Positions 15,552 to 18,590 of a stretch of DNA of 18,590 nucleotides are shown piece after piece. The notes beneath the pieces were generated by a model. That model had not been told where the DNA came from, made no database searches, and saw nothing but the letters and a program-made list of their open reading frames with translations. The first letter of the stretch is position 1; each line of letters opens with the position of its first letter. Both the position numbers and the translations under genes were made by a program. Where the stretch lies: assembly GCA_964619725.1 (NCBI GenBank), contig CAZUFC010000149.1, positions 1 through 18,590 on the forward strand, read 5' to 3'. The stretch comes from an uncultured bacterium. Its GTDB lineage: Bacteria > CSSED10-310 > CAZUFC01.

Positions 15552-17066
15552 ATGAATCCTGCAGGTGTTCCAATCAATGAATCGATAATTTACCGCAAGT
15601 TAAAAATTTTGACGACCCGGGCTGTCAGAAGCGCCGCCCGGCTGTCTGCAGTCGTTAACAGACCTGTATGGCTTGTACTTTTCTTTTTGACATTTTTGAC
15701 CGGCGTCTCCTGGTTCATGGGACAAACGCCCGGCATGGCAAGGATGGCCGCAGCCGTTACGGCGGCATTAATAATCTATTATAACGAAAAAATTTTACTC
15801 TATTCTTTCGCCTTAGTCCTCCCGATTGAACATTATTACGCTTTCCTGCCGAATTTCACTCTTACATCGCACGAGCTTTTTATTTTTTCCATGCTTTTCG
15901 CCATGCTCATAAAATTAAAACGAAAAGACATCCACAACATATCGGCTGCGTTGACTTTCATCGCTCCCTGGGCGTTCATTCTCATATTATCGGCGCTTTT
16001 TTCAGGCTCGCCCGCCGGCGGAATTAAACAGGCCCTGAAATGGAATGAAATGGCGATGGCCTGGATATTAGGCATTTATTTTTTTCAATCAGAGCGTACC
16101 GTAAAAATATTCCTGGCGTGCCTGGCATTCTCTGCAGCGGTCGCAGCAGCCCTGGGAATAGCCCAGTTCGCTGCCGCCGCCTTCCCCCAATGGTCTCAAT
16201 TTCTAGCCTCCCGAAATATCGGGCAATTAAACATTATATTTAACCGGTTCCTGCGCGCTCACAGCACCTTCGGGCATGCCAATCATTTCGCGAACTTTCT
16301 GCTGATGGCGATGACCGCACCGCTGACCTTCATCCATGAAAGGAACCTGGTCAAGAAAGCCCTGGCCCTGGCGCTCCTGCTCTTCCTGGGAACAGCCCTC
16401 ATATTGACTTTTTCACGAGGCGCCTGGAGCGCTTTTTTGGTGACCTTATTCCTCGTGCTCTTCCTGTTAAGGCCTTATAAGGCTTTGTTCTGGGGTGCAG
16501 TATCAGGCGCTGCGGGGGCGGCTTTTTTTCTTTTTACCGGCGCCGACATCGATGACGGGCTGGCTTACCGGTTATCAAGCCTACGGAATCTCGGCGAGGA
16601 TGAGACTTTTATGGAGCGGTTGAAGATATACAGGACCGGATGGATGTTTTTGAAGAAGAATCCCTGTGTGGGTTTGGGATTAGGCAAATTTAAAAACATT
16701 ATGGGTGACCTTAATTTTCTGGGTATGCCTCTGCTGGGAACGAAAACTCATCTTCACAATTTATACCTGCAAATAACCGTAGAAACAGGCATCGCGGGTT
16801 TACTCGCTTTTCTGCTTTTCGTCTTTTCCGCCTTTTATAAAATGCTCAGGCGACTCATTTCATCCGGCAGGAGGATTAAAGAACAGAACTTCATTCTCAT
16901 CTGGGGGCCGACAGCATATCTCGTTCACAGCATGGCGGATGTATTCCTCTACCGGGGTCTTCATATATTATTCGGTTTTCTGCTCGCTGCAGCCTATGTT
17001 TCCATAACTCGAAACGACCAGGACGGAAACGCTGATGCTGAAGCGCCTCCGTCAGAGAAACCGTGA
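15552..17066 (+). CDS. O-antigen ligase / Wzy_C family protein
   Basis: Many TM helices; RAHSTFGHANHFA, LTFSRGAW, ERLKIY, GLGLGKF, HLHNLYLQITVETG motifs. Start uncertain; ATG 15552 preferred because TTG 15438 lies inside the palindromic repeat. Confidence 0.88.
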   Translation: MNPAGVPINESIIYRKLKILTTRAVRSAARLSAVVNRPVWLVLFFLTFLTGVSWFMGQTPGMARMAAAVTAALIIYYNEKILLYSFALVLPIEHYYAFLPNFTLTSHELFIFSMLFAMLIKLKRKDIHNISAALTFIAPWAFILILSALFSGSPAGGIKQALKWNEMAMAWILGIYFFQSERTVKIFLACLAFSAAVAAALGIAQFAAAAFPQWSQFLASRNIGQLNIIFNRFLRAHSTFGHANHFANFLLMAMTAPLTFIHERNLVKKALALALLLFLGTALILTFSRGAWSAFLVTLFLVLFLLRPYKALFWGAVSGAAGAAFFLFTGADIDDGLAYRLSSLRNLGEDETFMERLKIYRTGWMFLKKNPCVGLGLGKFKNIMGDLNFLGMPLLGTKTHLHNLYLQITVETGIAGLLAFLLFVFSAFYKMLRRLISSGRRIKEQNFILIWGPTAYLVHSMADVFLYRGLHILFGFLLAAAYVSITRNDQDGNADAEAPPSEKP

Positions 17067-18310
17067 AAAAAGATAGTTTCATATTGCAGTGGACTTTTCG
17101 CGGAACGACTGAGCTGATAAAGAAGGTCACGGGTTTTCTGGTAGTTGCTGCAGCCGCCAGGTTGACGGACCAGGGCCTGTTCGGAACTTACATTTTTTTA
17201 CTGACATCGACGAATGTGTTCGCCTTGCCGGTCGATTTCGGTTTAAACGTGATGGTAACCCGGCAGTCCGCCAGGGAAAAGGAACCCGCAGGTGAAATAC
17301 TGTCAGGAACATTCACGATAAGATTATGCCTGTCGCTGATTGCTCTGATTGCCGCTGCAGCCGCCTCCTCTGCAGGTTTTTTCCATGACCTTCCCCTCGT
17401 TCCGGTCTACATATTCCTGATTTTCTGGATTCTGAACGTTAATGCGGATACGCCGCCGGCATTTCTGGAAGGAAGGCGATTATTCGGATTGCAAACGCTG
17501 ATCGTCGCCGCAGGAAGGACCGCTCTCCCCGTTGCAGCCCTCATAGCGCTCATGACCGAAGCAGGAATCCTGGGATTAGGCGCGGCATACGTTCTTTCAG
17601 CCCTGCTGACCCTGGCAGCGGGATTGTTCATCGTTCAAAAGAAATTTACTCCTGCCTGGGGTCTTCCTCCGCTGAAAAACCTGCGCTTGAAGTTCAAGCA
17701 ATCCGCGCCTGTCGCGATCATGCTCTTTTTCGCTTTTCTTTATTTCAAAATAGACATCCTGATGATCACCTGGCTGCGAGGCGAAGTGGAAACGGCTCAT
17801 TACGGAGCCGCGTTCAAAATTCTGGAGCTTATGATGGTAATTCCGGCTACTTTCACCGCGGTAGTTTTTCCCAGGTTGTCGAAAATGCATTCAGCGGCGC
17901 CGGAAAACATCAAGAGGGAATTCTTTAAATATGAAGCTATAGCCGCTATTCTGGCCGGCGTATGTTTCGTGGTCTTTTATGCAGGAGCCCCAATTCTGCT
18001 GTCGGCAATATTCGGTCAGGAATTTGCGGCAAGAGAGACGATAACGGTAATGCGCATCCTGGCCGGCGCTCTGGCCGTCATATTCCTGAATTATCCCGCA
18101 ATATACCTGATCATTTCGCATGGAAAACAAAGCGCCAACGCTGTGAATGCAGCCCTGTGTTTCATTTTCAACCTGCTTGCCAATGCCGCCGTAATACCGT
18201 TCTACGGCATGAAAGGAGCGGCGGTAACGACCATTTTGACCGAAGCGCTCTTGGGCTTTTTGAGTCTCCGGGAAATTATGAGATTGGAGACCTTCGGCAG
18301 CAGGAAATGA
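17063..18310 (+). CDS. Wzx-like polysaccharide flippase (MOP superfamily)
   Basis: FGTY, DFGLNVMVTR, LYFKIDILMI, YGAAFKI, FPRLS, IPFYGMKGAAVTT; GTGA overlap with the ligase gene. Confidence 0.92.
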   Translation: MKKDSFILQWTFRGTTELIKKVTGFLVVAAAARLTDQGLFGTYIFLLTSTNVFALPVDFGLNVMVTRQSAREKEPAGEILSGTFTIRLCLSLIALIAAAAASSAGFFHDLPLVPVYIFLIFWILNVNADTPPAFLEGRRLFGLQTLIVAAGRTALPVAALIALMTEAGILGLGAAYVLSALLTLAAGLFIVQKKFTPAWGLPPLKNLRLKFKQSAPVAIMLFFAFLYFKIDILMITWLRGEVETAHYGAAFKILELMMVIPATFTAVVFPRLSKMHSAAPENIKREFFKYEAIAAILAGVCFVVFYAGAPILLSAIFGQEFAARETITVMRILAGALAVIFLNYPAIYLIISHGKQSANAVNAALCFIFNLLANAAVIPFYGMKGAAVTTILTEALLGFLSLREIMRLETFGSRK

Positions 18311-18398
18311 TTCCGGCAGGAAGATTGTCTTGATTGAATTTATGAGTCTGATTAAACAGGGGTTTTGCTTCTTTCTAAACTTTTGACGGTTCATTTCA

Positions 18399-18432
18399 GT
18401 AATCGGGGTCGGTATCTGGGTCGAAATCGAAA
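18399..18432. repeat. Degenerate 6-bp-period repeat
   Basis: GT-AATCGG-GGTCGG-TATCTG-GGTCGA-AATCGA-AA. Confidence 0.6.
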
Positions 18433-18522
18433 CAAAATTTTATCGTGACCTTTCAGGAAAAAACGCATACAAAAATATTGGCGGTTTACCGGCTTGCAGT
18501 TTTGATGGTTATTGGTGGGACT

Positions 18523-18590
18523 ACCTCACCCCCCGGCCCCCTCTCCATGAATGGCTGATCTTTACCCACACTTGACACCGTCCATTTCAT
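18523..18590. repeat. REP-like element, probably truncated by the window end
   Basis: C-rich ACCTCACCCCCCGGCCCCCTCTCC then ATGAATGG (18547-18554), nearly complementary to CCATTTCAT (18582-18590). Confidence 0.55.

Overview
Bacterial chromosomal region dominated by cell-envelope glycosylation genes. The left, minus-strand block (234-8433) encodes two GT-C (ArnT/PMT-like) membrane glycosyltransferases, an AlkP/NPP-superfamily phosphodiesterase, a GT2 with an FN3-like tail and a B12-binding radical SAM enzyme, plus a short gene remnant. A divergent sigma70 promoter drives an exported protein of unknown function. The right, plus-strand block encodes two GT4s, two stand-alone receiver domains, yqgF/ruvX, mltG, a tandem DUF4330-like protein, an O-antigen ligase-like protein and a Wzx-like flippase. 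The least explained signals are non-coding: a ~100-bp dispersed repeat (98-198 and 15340-15443, about 80% identical by hand alignment) ending in a REP-like palindrome, a G-rich 33-bp tandem repeat at the window start, three rod-like intergenic hairpins (the best at 9599-9704) and a repeat-rich right end. No rRNA, tRNA, CRISPR array or transposase was recognised. All family calls come from motif recognition by eye, not database searches.
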